From Pseudomonadota bacterium (GTDB lineage Bacteria; Pseudomonadota; Alphaproteobacteria; Sphingomonadales; Sphingomonadaceae): a stretch of DNA of 64,000 nucleotides. The notes below the pieces were generated by a model. The model was not told the DNA's origin, ran no database searches, and saw only the letters and a program-made list of their open reading frames with translations. The position numbers and the translations under genes were made by a program. The DNA lies in NCBI GenBank assembly GCA_046733935.1, contig JBKPQH010000026.1, positions 2,905 to 66,904 on the forward strand. Reading direction: 5' to 3'. This document shows, piece by piece, positions 9,893 to 19,742 of this stretch. Within the stretch, counting starts at the first letter, position 1. Every line of letters begins with the position of its first letter.

Positions 9893-10888
9893 ATGTTTGA
9901 GGTCGGAAAGCGACGGCTCGGACGCCAGGGGCCGGAAGTCTCGGCCATTGGCCTCGGCTGCATGGGCATGAGCGAATTCTACGGATCTGGCAGCGACGAG
10001 GAGTCGATCGCGACCATCCACCACGCGCTGGACCGTGGAGTGACGTTTCTCGACACCGCGGACATGTACGGCGTCGGAAGGAACGAGGAACTCGTCGGGC
10101 GGGCCATCCGCGACCGTCGCGACGAGGTCTTCCTTGCGACCAAATTCGGCAACGTGCGAGGGCCCGCCGGAGAGTTCCTCGGCGTCAAGGGCGATCCGGA
10201 CTACGTTCGCTCGGCGTGCGAGGCGAGCCTCAGAAGGCTCGGGGTCGAGACGATCGATCTCTACTATCAACATCGCGTCGATCCGAACGTGCCGATCGAG
10301 GACACGGTCGGAGCGATGGCGCGGTTGAAGGAAGAGGGGAAGATCCGCTTCCTCGGTCTTTCCGAAGCGGCGCCGCGGACGATCCGTCGTGCGGCTGCCG
10401 TAACGACGATCACGGCAGTACAGACCGAGCTGTCCTTGTGGAGCCGCGACGCGGAGGCCGAGGTGCTTCCGACGGTGCGGGATCTCGGCATCGGCTATGT
10501 CGCTTATTCCCCACTCGGCCGCGGTTTCCTGACCGGGCAGATCAAGTCGCCCGAAGATTTTCCCGAGGACGATTTCCGGCGCTTCCATCCGCGTTTCACC
10601 GGCGGGAACTTCGAGAAAAACATTAAGCTCGTCCGTGAGGTCGAGAAGATGGCTGAGGAGAAAGGCTGCACCGCCGCCCAGCTCGCGCTGGCCTGGGTCC
10701 TCGCGCAGGGCGAGGACGTGGTTCCGATTCCGGGCACCAAGCACGTTCGCTATCTCGACCAGAATATCGGCGCGCTGGAGATCAAGCTCACCGCCGTAAA
10801 CCTGCAGCGCCTCGACGAAATCCTTCCGCCGGGCGCCGCTGCGGGCGAGCGCTATCACCATCTCGGCATGGCGACGGTGAACCTTTAG
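9893..10888 (+). CDS. aldo/keto reductase
   Basis: 331 aa. [12 protein letters not shown]...DTADMYG..NEELVG signature. Confidence 0.85.
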   Translation: MFEVGKRRLGRQGPEVSAIGLGCMGMSEFYGSGSDEESIATIHHALDRGVTFLDTADMYGVGRNEELVGRAIRDRRDEVFLATKFGNVRGPAGEFLGVKGDPDYVRSACEASLRRLGVETIDLYYQHRVDPNVPIEDTVGAMARLKEEGKIRFLGLSEAAPRTIRRAAAVTTITAVQTELSLWSRDAEAEVLPTVRDLGIGYVAYSPLGRGFLTGQIKSPEDFPEDDFRRFHPRFTGGNFEKNIKLVREVEKMAEEKGCTAAQLALAWVLAQGEDVVPIPGTKHVRYLDQNIGALEIKLTAVNLQRLDEILPPGAAAGERYHHLGMATVNL

Positions 10889-10979
10889 TCCTTGCCATCC
10901 GCCGTTCGTCGACGAGCGGCTGGCGAACGCGAAACAGCCATGCAATGCACTGCTCCCTGAACGGGAAGGGGGCTTTTGC

Positions 10980-12839
10980 ATGCTCGATGTATCGCGTCGT
11001 GAACTGATCGTCTCTGCGTCGGCAGCGTCGCTTGCGGCCGGGGTGCCCGCCATGGCGATGGCGCAGACCGCAGCCGCCGCGGCGGCATGGGATCTTTCCG
11101 AGCTCTATCCCAGCGACGCTGCGTGGGAGGCGGAGCGCCAGGCGCTGCTCAAGACGATCCCCGGCCTGAAGGCGCAAAAAGGCACGCTGCGCCGAAGCGC
11201 CGCCGCGATGCGCTCGGCGCTCGTTGCGCAATCCGACATCGGCAAGCGGGCTTCGCGCCTTTACACTTATGCTTCGCTCAAGGCCGACGAGGACCGGCGC
11301 GTCGCGGCCAACCAGGAACGCAAGAGCCAGGCGCAGGACGTGTTCACCGCGCTTGGCGAGGCGACGGCCTGGACCAATCCCGAGATCGTCGCGCTCGGTC
11401 CGGCGAAGGTGAACGCCTTCATTGCCGCCGACCCTGTCCTGAAGACGAGGTTCGCGTTCGGACTGCACGATACCCTGCGGCTCGCGAAGCACACTCTGTC
11501 CCCTGCGGAAGAGCAGTTGCTGGCCGCCGCCGGAACTCCGCTCGCCGGACCGAACGATATCCGCGACCAGCTTGCCGCGTCCGATATTCCGCGGCCGACC
11601 GTGAAGCTGAGCAGCGGCAAGGAAATCCGGCTGGACGACCAGGGCTACACGCTGTCGCGGGATGCCCCGAACCGAGCCGATCGAAAGATGGTCTTCGACA
11701 AGTTCTGGGCGAGTTACAAGGCGTTCGAGAATTCGCTCGGCACCTCGCTGGCGGCGCAGGTCAAGGGCGATCTCTTCCGCGCCAAGGCGCGCCATTACGG
11801 CAGCGCGCTCGAGGCCGCGCTGGATGGGAGCAACCTTCCGGAAGCTGTGTATCGCTCGCTGATCGCGGAGACGAACCGCGGGCTTCCGGTGCTTCATCGC
11901 TATTTCGAGCTGCGCCGCCGAATGCTCGGCCTTCCGGACATGGGCTACTGGGACATTTATCCGCCGCTGGTGAAGTCGGCCCGGACCTACAGCCTCGCCG
12001 AGATGCGGCAGCTGACGATCGACGCGGTCAAGCCGCTCGGCCCTGATTACGTCGCGCTGTTCAGCGAAGTGACCGCGAAGCGCTGGATGGATCCGTTCCC
12101 GAGGCAGGGCAAAGCGTCGGGCGCGTACATGAATCCCGGCGCGTTCGACGTGCACCCGTATCTGCTGCTGAACCTCAGCGACAAATATGACGGGCTAAGC
12201 ACCTATGCGCACGAATGGGGTCATGCGATGCACACCCTGCTCGCCAACAAGGCGCAGCCCTACGAGCTGTCGGGCTATCCCACCTTCACCGCCGAGGTCG
12301 CTTCGACGGCGCACGAGCTGCTGCTTGCCAACATGATGGTCGAGCGGGCGCCCTCGAAGCAGGAAAAGTTGTTCTATCTCGGGCAGATCATGGAGAATTA
12401 CCGAGGGACGTTCTTCCGGCAGTCGATGTTCGCGGAGTTCCAGCTGGCGATCAACGATCTCGCCAACAAGGGCGAGGGCCTGTCGGGCGAGAAGATGTCC
12501 GCGCTCTACCTCGACCTGCTGAAGCGCTACCACGGGCCGAAGGTGCAGATCGAACCGGTCTACGCGGCCGAGTGGGCGTACATCCAGCACTTCTACTTCG
12601 GCTTCTACGTCTGGCAGTATGCGACCTCGATCACGGCGGCGAACTTCTTTGCGCAGAAGGTGATGCACGGGACGAGCGCGGACCGCGACCGCTATCTCAG
12701 CGTGCTTCGCGCCGGGGGCTCGGACTATGGCTACAACCTGCTGAAGATGGGCGGCCTCGATATGGCGACCGCGGAGCCGTACCGGCTCATCGTCGACAGC
12801 TTCAGCAAGGTGCTCGACCAGGCCGAAGCGCTGATCTGA
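10980..12839 (+). CDS. pepF: M3-family oligoendopeptidase F with Tat-type signal
   Basis: 619 aa. HEWGHAMH zinc motif. N-terminus has SRRELIV plus an Ala-rich h-region ending AMA. Confidence 0.85.
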   Translation: MLDVSRRELIVSASAASLAAGVPAMAMAQTAAAAAAWDLSELYPSDAAWEAERQALLKTIPGLKAQKGTLRRSAAAMRSALVAQSDIGKRASRLYTYASLKADEDRRVAANQERKSQAQDVFTALGEATAWTNPEIVALGPAKVNAFIAADPVLKTRFAFGLHDTLRLAKHTLSPAEEQLLAAAGTPLAGPNDIRDQLAASDIPRPTVKLSSGKEIRLDDQGYTLSRDAPNRADRKMVFDKFWASYKAFENSLGTSLAAQVKGDLFRAKARHYGSALEAALDGSNLPEAVYRSLIAETNRGLPVLHRYFELRRRMLGLPDMGYWDIYPPLVKSARTYSLAEMRQLTIDAVKPLGPDYVALFSEVTAKRWMDPFPRQGKASGAYMNPGAFDVHPYLLLNLSDKYDGLSTYAHEWGHAMHTLLANKAQPYELSGYPTFTAEVASTAHELLLANMMVERAPSKQEKLFYLGQIMENYRGTFFRQSMFAEFQLAINDLANKGEGLSGEKMSALYLDLLKRYHGPKVQIEPVYAAEWAYIQHFYFGFYVWQYATSITAANFFAQKVMHGTSADRDRYLSVLRAGGSDYGYNLLKMGGLDMATAEPYRLIVDSFSKVLDQAEALI

Positions 12840-12842
12840 CGC

Positions 12843-13619
12843 TTAGTCCTCGTCGATCAGGCTCATGCAGGTGACTCCCGCTTCGGCCTTCTGAAGCTCG
12901 GAGACGTCGACCTCGACGACGGCGAAGCCGCGGTCGCGGAGCACGCCGGCAGTTCGCGGATTGCCGGCCGGGAGGATCAGGCAATCGCCGACGCGAAGGC
13001 TGTTCGCGGCTGCCGGCTCGCCTTCCGCCACGGCCAAAGGCTGCACTCCGGCGAACTGCGCCGGGTCCACCGCGCGCGGGTTGTAGACAAGGATCGGTGT
13101 CGCCGAACCGTCGGCGCCGGCAAACGTCGCCCCCGTCTTGAGGTGCAGGCAGTCGCGGAGCTCCGCCTGCACCACCGAGTAGCCGAGCGGCTCCGCAGCT
13201 TCGCGAAGGGCTGCGATGCCCTTTCGGTCGGTCCGACTCGAAAGGCCGACGTACAGCGTGCGGCCGATGCGCATGACGTCTCCGCCGTCGATGAAGCCGT
13301 TCGTGATCCGGTGAAGCTCGAAGTGGCCGGCCAGGCCGCTGGAGGTGGAGCTGGTCTCTCCAATTCGCGAAGCAGCGCCCGGCCGGGTAATGATGGCGTG
13401 GCCGTCGAGCAGCAGGGCCGTGTCCTCGACGAAGACCGCGTCGGGATCCTCCGGCAGGTCGGGGAGGCGGATGATCTCGAGGCCGGCATGGACGAGCGCC
13501 TGCTCATATGCAGCATGCTGGCTAGCCGCCCGCTGCGCGTCGATCGGCACTCGATCGAGATGCGTCAGCTGGCATTCGGCGATGCGTGGGCTCACCGACC
13601 TTGTGAAGGCCCGGCTCAA
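12843..13619 (-). CDS. dimethylarginine dimethylaminohydrolase-like amidinotransferase
   Basis: 258 aa. DDAH-like N-terminus (RSVSPRIAECQLTH) and a C-terminal GVTCMSL candidate Cys nucleophile. Confidence 0.7.
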   Translation of the reverse strand: MSRAFTRSVSPRIAECQLTHLDRVPIDAQRAASQHAAYEQALVHAGLEIIRLPDLPEDPDAVFVEDTALLLDGHAIITRPGAASRIGETSSTSSGLAGHFELHRITNGFIDGGDVMRIGRTLYVGLSSRTDRKGIAALREAAEPLGYSVVQAELRDCLHLKTGATFAGADGSATPILVYNPRAVDPAQFAGVQPLAVAEGEPAAANSLRVGDCLILPAGNPRTAGVLRDRGFAVVEVDVSELQKAEAGVTCMSLIDED

Positions 13620-14878
13620 CGTTGGTCCCGGCGCACGATCACGCCGCCTTTCATCACGACGAGGATGTTCCGCACTGCCTTTACGTCACGGGTCGGGTCG
13701 CCGTCGACCGCGACGAGGTCCGCAAGCAGGCCCGCGCGCACTTCGCCCCGATCCGTCAGGTGCAGGATGCGGGCATTGCGGGAGGTGGCGGAGATGAGGA
13801 CCTGGGCGGCGGACATGCCGGCGCGCTGCATCGCGTCCATTTCGAGCCAGTTCTCGCCGTGGGCGAAGACGCCGACGTCGCCGCCCATGCAGATCGGCAC
13901 TCCGGCCTTCATCGCCAGCTGGAACGAGCGGCGGTTCTGCTGGACGGTCTCGGGCGCCGGCTCCTGGCCGTTCCAATGCTCGAAATAGCGGGCGTAAGCC
14001 TCTGAGGCGGCGATGGTAGGGCAGAGCGCGATGCTTTTCGAGGCCATCGCCTTGAAGACGGCTTCGGTTCCGCCGTAGCCATGCTCGATCGTGTCCGCTC
14101 CGGCGCGCACGGCGCGCATCATACCCTCGGCAGTGGTCGCGTGGACGGCGACGAGACGGCCTGCGTCGTGGGCGGCGGCGACACCGGCGTCGAGCTCGGC
14201 CTGCGAGAGCGTCGTGCGGCTCGGTTCGCCCTTGCCCCAGTGATAATCCGCATAGAATTTGATGATCGTCGCGCCGCCGGCGACCTGGTCCCGCACGGCG
14301 CGGATCGTCTCGTCGACGCCTGCGACTTCCTGGGCGCCCTGCGGGATCACAACCCCCGGCTCGAAGCCTTTGGGGCCGTAAGCGCCGCGCGCGACGATCG
14401 CCTTTGTGGAGACAAGGAGGCGAGGGCCGGGGACGATGCCCTGGTCGATAGCCTGCTTGAGTCCGACGTCCGCGAACCCTGCGCCTTCAGTGCCGAGATC
14501 GCGTTCAGTGGTGAAGCCGGCTTCGAGCGTCTTGCGGGCGTGGACCACGGCGCGGGCCGTGCGCAGCGCGAGCGGCTCGTGCAGGACCTGATCGTCCCAT
14601 AGGGTCTCGTTGTACGGATGGAGGAACAGGTGCGAATGGCCCTCGATCATGCCGGGCATGAGCGTCGTGCCGGGCAGGTCGATGGTGCGGGCACCTGCCG
14701 GCGCGGCGACGTTTGGACCGGCGGCGGCGATGCGGTCACCTTCGATGAGTACGGACCAGCCTTCGTGCGCAGCCGGGTTTACACCGTCGAACACGCGCGT
14801 TGGTCGCAGCAACAGCGTCTCGGCGAATGAGGGAACGGCCAGCAGAACGGCAAGCAGGAACAGGATCGAGCGGCGCAT
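13616..14878 (-). CDS. secreted metal-dependent amidohydrolase
   Basis: 420 aa. Signal peptide. GMIEGHSHL (HxH) motif. Overlaps the downstream DDAH-like gene by 4 nt. Confidence 0.8.
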   Translation of the reverse strand: MRRSILFLLAVLLAVPSFAETLLLRPTRVFDGVNPAAHEGWSVLIEGDRIAAAGPNVAAPAGARTIDLPGTTLMPGMIEGHSHLFLHPYNETLWDDQVLHEPLALRTARAVVHARKTLEAGFTTERDLGTEGAGFADVGLKQAIDQGIVPGPRLLVSTKAIVARGAYGPKGFEPGVVIPQGAQEVAGVDETIRAVRDQVAGGATIIKFYADYHWGKGEPSRTTLSQAELDAGVAAAHDAGRLVAVHATTAEGMMRAVRAGADTIEHGYGGTEAVFKAMASKSIALCPTIAASEAYARYFEHWNGQEPAPETVQQNRRSFQLAMKAGVPICMGGDVGVFAHGENWLEMDAMQRAGMSAAQVLISATSRNARILHLTDRGEVRAGLLADLVAVDGDPTRDVKAVRNILVVMKGGVIVRRDQR

Positions 14879-14917
14879 CGGCCGAAACTGTCACCGCGAG
14901 TGAAGCGAAGCAATCCG

Positions 14918-15703
14918 CTAGCCGGCGATATAGCCGCCGTCGGCGACATAAAGGCCGCCCGTGCAATAGGAAGCCGCGTCGCTCGCAAGGAAGGCGATGA
15001 GCTGGGCGATCTCCTCGTTTTTCCCGTAGCGGCCGATGGGAATGCGGCTGTTGATCATGTCTCGAAATGCCGAAGTGTTGCCGCCGCCGAGCTGATCGCC
15101 GAGCGATTGCATCATGCGATTGTCGATCGGGCCGGGAGCGACCGCGTTGACGCGTATGTTCGAGGGCCCAAGCTCCATTGCGGCGGTCTTTGTCAGGCCC
15201 GCCACCGCGTGCTTGCTCGCGACGTAGGGTGCCGCGCCAGGGAAGCCAACGATGCCGGCCACGGAGGAGGTTGCCACGATTGCGCCTCCGCCGGTCGCCT
15301 TCATCGCCCACACGGCATGCTTCATTGCCAGCCAGACGCCGATCACGTTGACCCGAAGCACGTGCTCGAAATCTTCGAGGGAGAGCTTGTCGCTAGGTCC
15401 GAGAACGCCTTCGGTGCCGGCATTGGCGACGAGGATGTTGAGGCCCCCGAAGCGCCCGACCGTTGCCGCGACGCTGGCCTTGGTGGCCGCTTCATCCGTG
15501 CAGTCGGCAACCGTCATTGCGCAAGCTTCAGAATCGCCGATTTGCGCGCAGCTTTCTTCCAGTTGGGCTTGATCGCGGTCCGTCAGCATGACCTTCGCAC
15601 CGAGGTCGACGAAGAGCCTTGCCGTCGCTCGGCCGATGCCGCCGGCGGCGCCGGTGACGATCGCGACCTTTCCGTCGAGACGCTGCAGTGTGCTGCCCGC
15701 CAT
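14918..15703 (-). CDS. SDR-family oxidoreductase
   Basis: TGAAGGIGRA (TGxxxGxG) and YVASKHAV (YxxxK). Confidence 0.85.
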   Translation of the reverse strand: MAGSTLQRLDGKVAIVTGAAGGIGRATARLFVDLGAKVMLTDRDQAQLEESCAQIGDSEACAMTVADCTDEAATKASVAATVGRFGGLNILVANAGTEGVLGPSDKLSLEDFEHVLRVNVIGVWLAMKHAVWAMKATGGGAIVATSSVAGIVGFPGAAPYVASKHAVAGLTKTAAMELGPSNIRVNAVAPGPIDNRMMQSLGDQLGGGNTSAFRDMINSRIPIGRYGKNEEIAQLIAFLASDAASYCTGGLYVADGGYIAG

Positions 15704-15721
15704 CGACGGCAGATTAGCATG

Positions 15722-15756
15722 AAAAAGGGCGGCCGGGATGATCCCAACCGCCCTTC
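15722..15756 (-). terminator. rho-independent terminator downstream of rplM-rpsI
   Basis: Minus strand reads AAGGGCGG-ttgggatcatcccgg-CCGCCCTT followed by TTT. Confidence 0.55.
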
Positions 15757-15837
15757 TGTTTCTTCCGGCCTAGCCGTCACGGGAGTGAATCCCGTAACGT
15801 CAGTCCTGTCGCTTCGCGCAGGCGTCGCTGCGGTCGG

Positions 15838-16374
15838 TCAGCGCTTGCTGAACTGGAAGCTGCGGCGTGCCTTGGCGCGGCCGTACTTCTTCCGCTCGAC
15901 GACGCGCGGATCGCGGGTGAGGAAACCGGCCTGCTTCACCGCGGTGCGAAGCGCGGGCTCGAAGCGGCTCAGCGCCTGGGCGATGCCGTGCTTGACCGCG
16001 CCGGCCTGGCCCGAGAGGCCGCCGCCCTTGACGGTCGCTTCCACGTCATACTGACCGCGACGATCGGCGACGTCGAACGGCTGGTTGATCACCAGGCGAA
16101 GCGACGGACGAGCGAAATAGGTCTCCTGCTCGCGGCCGTTGACGACGATCTTGCCCGAGCCCGGCTTTAGCCAGACGCGCGCGACGGCGTCCTTGCGGCG
16201 GCCCGTCGCATAAGCGCGGCCATATTTGTCAAGCTGCTGCTCGCGCAGCGGAGCGGCCTCCTGGACCGGCGGCGGAGCAGCCGGAGCTTCGGCGGCCGGC
16301 GCTTCCGGAGCAGGCGCGGCGGGAGCCGGAGTTGCGCCGAGCTGGTCGGCGATCGATTCACGAGTGTCGGACAT
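15838..16374 (-). CDS. rpsI: 30S ribosomal protein S9 (with Ala/Pro-rich N-terminal extension)
   Basis: C-terminus [19 protein letters not shown]...[18 protein letters not shown]. Confidence 0.95.
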   Translation of the reverse strand: MSDTRESIADQLGATPAPAAPAPEAPAAEAPAAPPPVQEAAPLREQQLDKYGRAYATGRRKDAVARVWLKPGSGKIVVNGREQETYFARPSLRLVINQPFDVADRRGQYDVEATVKGGGLSGQAGAVKHGIAQALSRFEPALRTAVKQAGFLTRDPRVVERKKYGRAKARRSFQFSKR

Positions 16375-16853
16375 TAGGCGCCCACCTTGTTCTTGCGGTT
16401 CATCGACGCGACGTCGAGGATTTGCGGCTCCTGGCCGCCGTGCGGATGCTCGGTGCCATTGTAGACGTGGAGCGCGCGCATCTGGTCACGGCCGAGCGGG
16501 CCGCGCGGGATCATGCGCTCAACCGCCTTTTCGAGGATGCGCTCGGGGAAACGGCCCTCGAGCACCTTGCCCGCGGTCACGCCCTTGATTCCGCCCGGAT
16601 AGCCGGTGTGCTTGTAGTACACTTTCTGCTCCAGCTTGCGGCCGGTGAAGCGGATCTTGTCCGCATTGATCACGACGACGTGATCGCCGCAGTCGACGTG
16701 CGGGGTGAAGCTCGGCTTGTGCTTTCCGCGCAGGATGTTGGCGATGATCGTCGCGACGCGGCCGACAACCAGGCCGTCGGCATCGATCAGGTGCCATTTC
16801 TTCTCGACCTCGGCCGGCTTTGCCGACTTGGTCGTCTTCATCAGCGCCTTCAT
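16374..16853 (-). CDS. rplM: 50S ribosomal protein L13
   Basis: Track ORF trimmed to ATG 16853. [42 protein letters not shown]. Stop shares one base with the rpsI start. Confidence 0.95.
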   Translation of the reverse strand: MKALMKTTKSAKPAEVEKKWHLIDADGLVVGRVATIIANILRGKHKPSFTPHVDCGDHVVVINADKIRFTGRKLEQKVYYKHTGYPGGIKGVTAGKVLEGRFPERILEKAVERMIPRGPLGRDQMRALHVYNGTEHPHGGQEPQILDVASMNRKNKVGA

Positions 16854-17063
16854 GGCGTTGATCCTTTCGTTGAAATGCGAAAGGCGCCGCAAGAACGGCG
16901 CCGCGGAGCAGCTATTTGCGGGTGAACCGCGGAAAGTCAAGGAAATCCCGAGATTTGCGAGTGGGTAAAATAATACCCAAACTGTGCGTATCGGCTGCGT
17001 AACGACTGGAACGTGAAGGCCTCCCACACCGTTTCAGCAGCAACACGAATATGGGAGGAAGTC

Positions 17064-17129
17064 ATGTATATCGGTCTTGGCGGTCTGTTGCTGCTGATCC
17101 TGATCCTCTGGCTGCTCGGCGTCATCTAA
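17064..17129 (+). CDS. candidate 21-aa hydrophobic small protein
   Basis: Own reading: GGGAGGA Shine-Dalgarno ends 7 nt before ATG 17064. Encodes MYIGLGGLLLLILILWLLGVI then TAA. Too short for the ORF track. Confidence 0.35.
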   Translation: MYIGLGGLLLLILILWLLGVI

Positions 17130-17378
17130 GCAGCGCATGTAAATGTCGGGCGCAGTTAGGAGCCCGACGATCTCGAGGGGTGCCGGCCGATCGAAGGGCT
17201 TTTCGATCGGCAGCATCGCTAAAACCCCTCGGCCTCGAGGAGCCGTAGCTAATTGCAATCCCCGCAGTACCGTCCGCTGGCATAAAAAATTTGTCAGGCT
17301 AGGCCGTAGCAATCCGGGGTTCAGAATCGGCCAATACATCCCACATCCGCAAGCCAACACCAGATGTGGAGATGTTTG

Positions 17379-17900
17379 ATGAGAACACTTCCCGCCATGG
17401 CCGTTGCCGGACTTGCGGCGGCGCTTGCCGGAACGGCAATTGCGGCCAGTCCCAAGAGCCATGTCATGAACGTGCCGCTCCCGGACGGATCGGTCGCACG
17501 CGTCGAATATGTCGGCGATGTCGCTCCGAAGGTCACGGTGGACCCGGCTCCGTTGGAGCGGGGCTGGGCGCCCGGCGCGTTCCCGTCGTTCGCCGGCTTC
17601 GACCAGATGATGCGCCAGATGGACCGCCAGACGCAGGAGATCATGCGACAGGTCCAGCAGATGAAGGTGGCACCGGGCCTGAACGTCGCCGGTTTCGGCG
17701 GCCTGTCGTCCGGGGCCAACAGCGTCAGCGTGGTGTCGGTGACCAACGGCGGCGGAACGTGCACCAGGACCACGCAGGTGGTTTCGCAGGGTGCGGGCAA
17801 GCCTCCCAAGGTGACCTCCAGCGTCAACGGCGATTGCGGCCCCGCTGGCCAATCCGCGCCCCGGCCGTCGACCGGTGCGGCGCCGATCAATCCCACTTGA
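17379..17900 (+). CDS. secreted hypothetical protein
   Basis: Track ORF 17364..17900. The second ATG (17379) follows GGAGA by 6 nt. Signal peptide MRTLPAMAVAGLAAALAGTAIAA. Confidence 0.6.
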   Translation: MRTLPAMAVAGLAAALAGTAIAASPKSHVMNVPLPDGSVARVEYVGDVAPKVTVDPAPLERGWAPGAFPSFAGFDQMMRQMDRQTQEIMRQVQQMKVAPGLNVAGFGGLSSGANSVSVVSVTNGGGTCTRTTQVVSQGAGKPPKVTSSVNGDCGPAGQSAPRPSTGAAPINPT

Positions 17901-18022
17901 CCGTTCGGGCGGCGCGTCCCGCCGCCCGGCGCGAAGATAAGGCTTCGTTCACGCGTTGCCCCTTATGACGTTGCGCTTAGTGCCGCGGCGCGTGCTGCCG
18001 AGGCAGCCTGATTCACCTTTGA

Positions 18023-18346
18023 ATGGAGTGCAATTCGGCCGTGCCGAGACGCGTCAAGGATTTCATCGACATCAGCGAATATACGTCGCTCGACGACCTC
18101 ATCCGGTACCTCGAGACAATCAGGGACAATCTGCCGGCGGAACACGAGGCCGAGCTCAAGATTCGCGGAGACGACGTGTTCGGGCGACGCCTGACGATCA
18201 CGTATTTCCGCGATCAGACGGCGGACGAAGCGGACCTGGAGGCGAAATATTCGGACCCCGGGATCGAGCAATTGCGCAGGGAGCTCGACGAGGTGCCGTA
18301 CAAGCTCAGCGCGCGGAAAGCTGCCTCGCGTCCCCGCCGCAACTAG
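18023..18346 (+). CDS. hypothetical protein (107 aa, acidic)
   Basis: Track ORF with GC-rich third positions. No family recognised. Confidence 0.45.
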   Translation: MECNSAVPRRVKDFIDISEYTSLDDLIRYLETIRDNLPAEHEAELKIRGDDVFGRRLTITYFRDQTADEADLEAKYSDPGIEQLRRELDEVPYKLSARKAASRPRRN

Positions 18347-18349
18347 CGA

Positions 18350-18565
18350 CTAGGCGGGTCTGGCGCGCACGCGCTCGACGAGACGGTCCTTCTCCCAAAG
18401 TTCGAAACTTCCGGAGTCGCAGCGGCTGATTGCTTCATTGCGCGCGTCGTCGTCGGCCGAAGCCTCGATCCATTCCGCGTTCGTGATCTTGCCGGCTCCA
18501 TCGAGCCGGTACAGCCGATAATTTGGCAACGCCCCTAGCCCCCGTACTCTATCGACGAGTAACAT
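18350..18565 (-). CDS. small conserved hypothetical protein (71 aa)
   Basis: Track ORF 18350..18706 trimmed to the internal ATG. YRLYRLDGAGKI...FELWEKDRLVERV resembles a small orphan family I recall as common in Alphaproteobacteria. Confidence 0.45.
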   Translation of the reverse strand: MLLVDRVRGLGALPNYRLYRLDGAGKITNAEWIEASADDDARNEAISRCDSGSFELWEKDRLVERVRARPA

Positions 18566-18704
18566 AGCATCGCCGAGAAAGGATTCACCTGTGTTATACC
18601 GAGGGTGAGCTTTCGCTTTGTAATTGCAAGATTTTCGAAATGGTACGGATGTGTAACCTAGGTTAAGCGCAATTCCCCAAAGCCCGTTGCACAAATGCGC
18701 GTCC

Positions 18705-19424
18705 ATGATCAGCGTTCACCTGAAGCAGTTGCGTAAGCGTACGGAGATCAGCGCGGAGGAAGAGCGCGCGATCCGCGGGCTGGTCGCCCAAACGCGCAGG
18801 TTTCCCGCGGACGAGGTGATCATCCACTCGGGCGAAGAGCTCAACAGCAGCCTGATGCTGCTCGAGGGATGGATGGCTCGGAGCAAGGATCTCGAGAGCG
18901 GCGAACGCCAGGTCACCGAGCTTCATATCGCTGGCGACTTCCCCGACCTCCACGGCTTCACGCTCAAGCGACTCGACCATGACTTGATGACTTTGACGGA
19001 ATGCACGGTGGCGGTCGTGCCGCACGACCGGCTGAAGGAAATCACCGAGCGCTATCCGCATCTTGCGCGCGTCTACTGGTTTTCCACCAACGTCGATGCG
19101 GCGATCCATCGCGAGTGGGGGCTTTCGCTCGGGCAACGCTCGGCGATATCGCGAATGGCGCACCTTTTTTGCGAGCTCTACATGCGGCTCGAGCTTGTCG
19201 GGCGCACACACGGAAACGCATATGAGCTGCCGCTGACCCAGCGAGAGCTAGCCGAATGCCTGGGGCTCACGGTGGTGCACGCGAACCGTACGCTGCAGGA
19301 GCTGCGCCGACGCGGTCTCGTGGAGTTCGAGAACCGGCACATGACCCTTCTCGATCGCCGCGGAATCGAAGGAGTCGCAGCCTTCGATCCGGCCTATCTC
19401 TATCTCGACCGGAAGCCGCTGTAG
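18705..19424 (+). CDS. Crp/Fnr-family transcriptional regulator
   Basis: cNMP-binding-like N-domain and C-terminal HTH (TQRELAECLGLTVVHANRTLQELRRRGLV). First ATG at 18705; the track starts at TTG 18687. Confidence 0.8.
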   Translation: MISVHLKQLRKRTEISAEEERAIRGLVAQTRRFPADEVIIHSGEELNSSLMLLEGWMARSKDLESGERQVTELHIAGDFPDLHGFTLKRLDHDLMTLTECTVAVVPHDRLKEITERYPHLARVYWFSTNVDAAIHREWGLSLGQRSAISRMAHLFCELYMRLELVGRTHGNAYELPLTQRELAECLGLTVVHANRTLQELRRRGLVEFENRHMTLLDRRGIEGVAAFDPAYLYLDRKPL

Positions 19425-19427
19425 CGA

Positions 19428-19742
19428 TCAGCCGACGCTCTCCTCGACCCAGTCGGCGTAAGAGGTGAGCACCTTGTCGATCGGCCAGGTGACGATGCAC
19501 GGCACATCATAGCTGTGCAGCCCGGCGATGCGCGCGATCAGCGCATCTGCCTCGATGTGTGAGGTCTTGAGGATCGCGGCGACCTCGTCGGTGGTCTCGA
19601 TCGCGCCGTTCCATCGATAGATCGAACGGACGGGCCCGAGAATGTTGATGCATGCGGCGAGCCGCTCCTCGACGACGGTGCGCCCGATGCGCTCGGCCTC
19701 GGCGGCGTTCGCGAACAGGACGTAGACGGAAACGACGCTCAT
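19428..19742 (-). CDS. cutA: divalent-cation tolerance protein CutA
   Basis: 104 aa. ERLAACINILGPVRSIYRWNG..E...E motif. Confidence 0.85.
   Translation of the reverse strand: MSVVSVYVLFANAAEAERIGRTVVEERLAACINILGPVRSIYRWNGAIETTDEVAAILKTSHIEADALIARIAGLHSYDVPCIVTWPIDKVLTSYADWVEESVG

Noticed and set aside
9815-12155. 412-aa and 455-aa minus-strand ORFs
   Set aside because: Antisense to the aldo/keto reductase and pepF, which both carry clear family motifs.
14900-16054. 384-aa plus-strand ORF
   Set aside because: Antisense to the SDR gene and rpsI.
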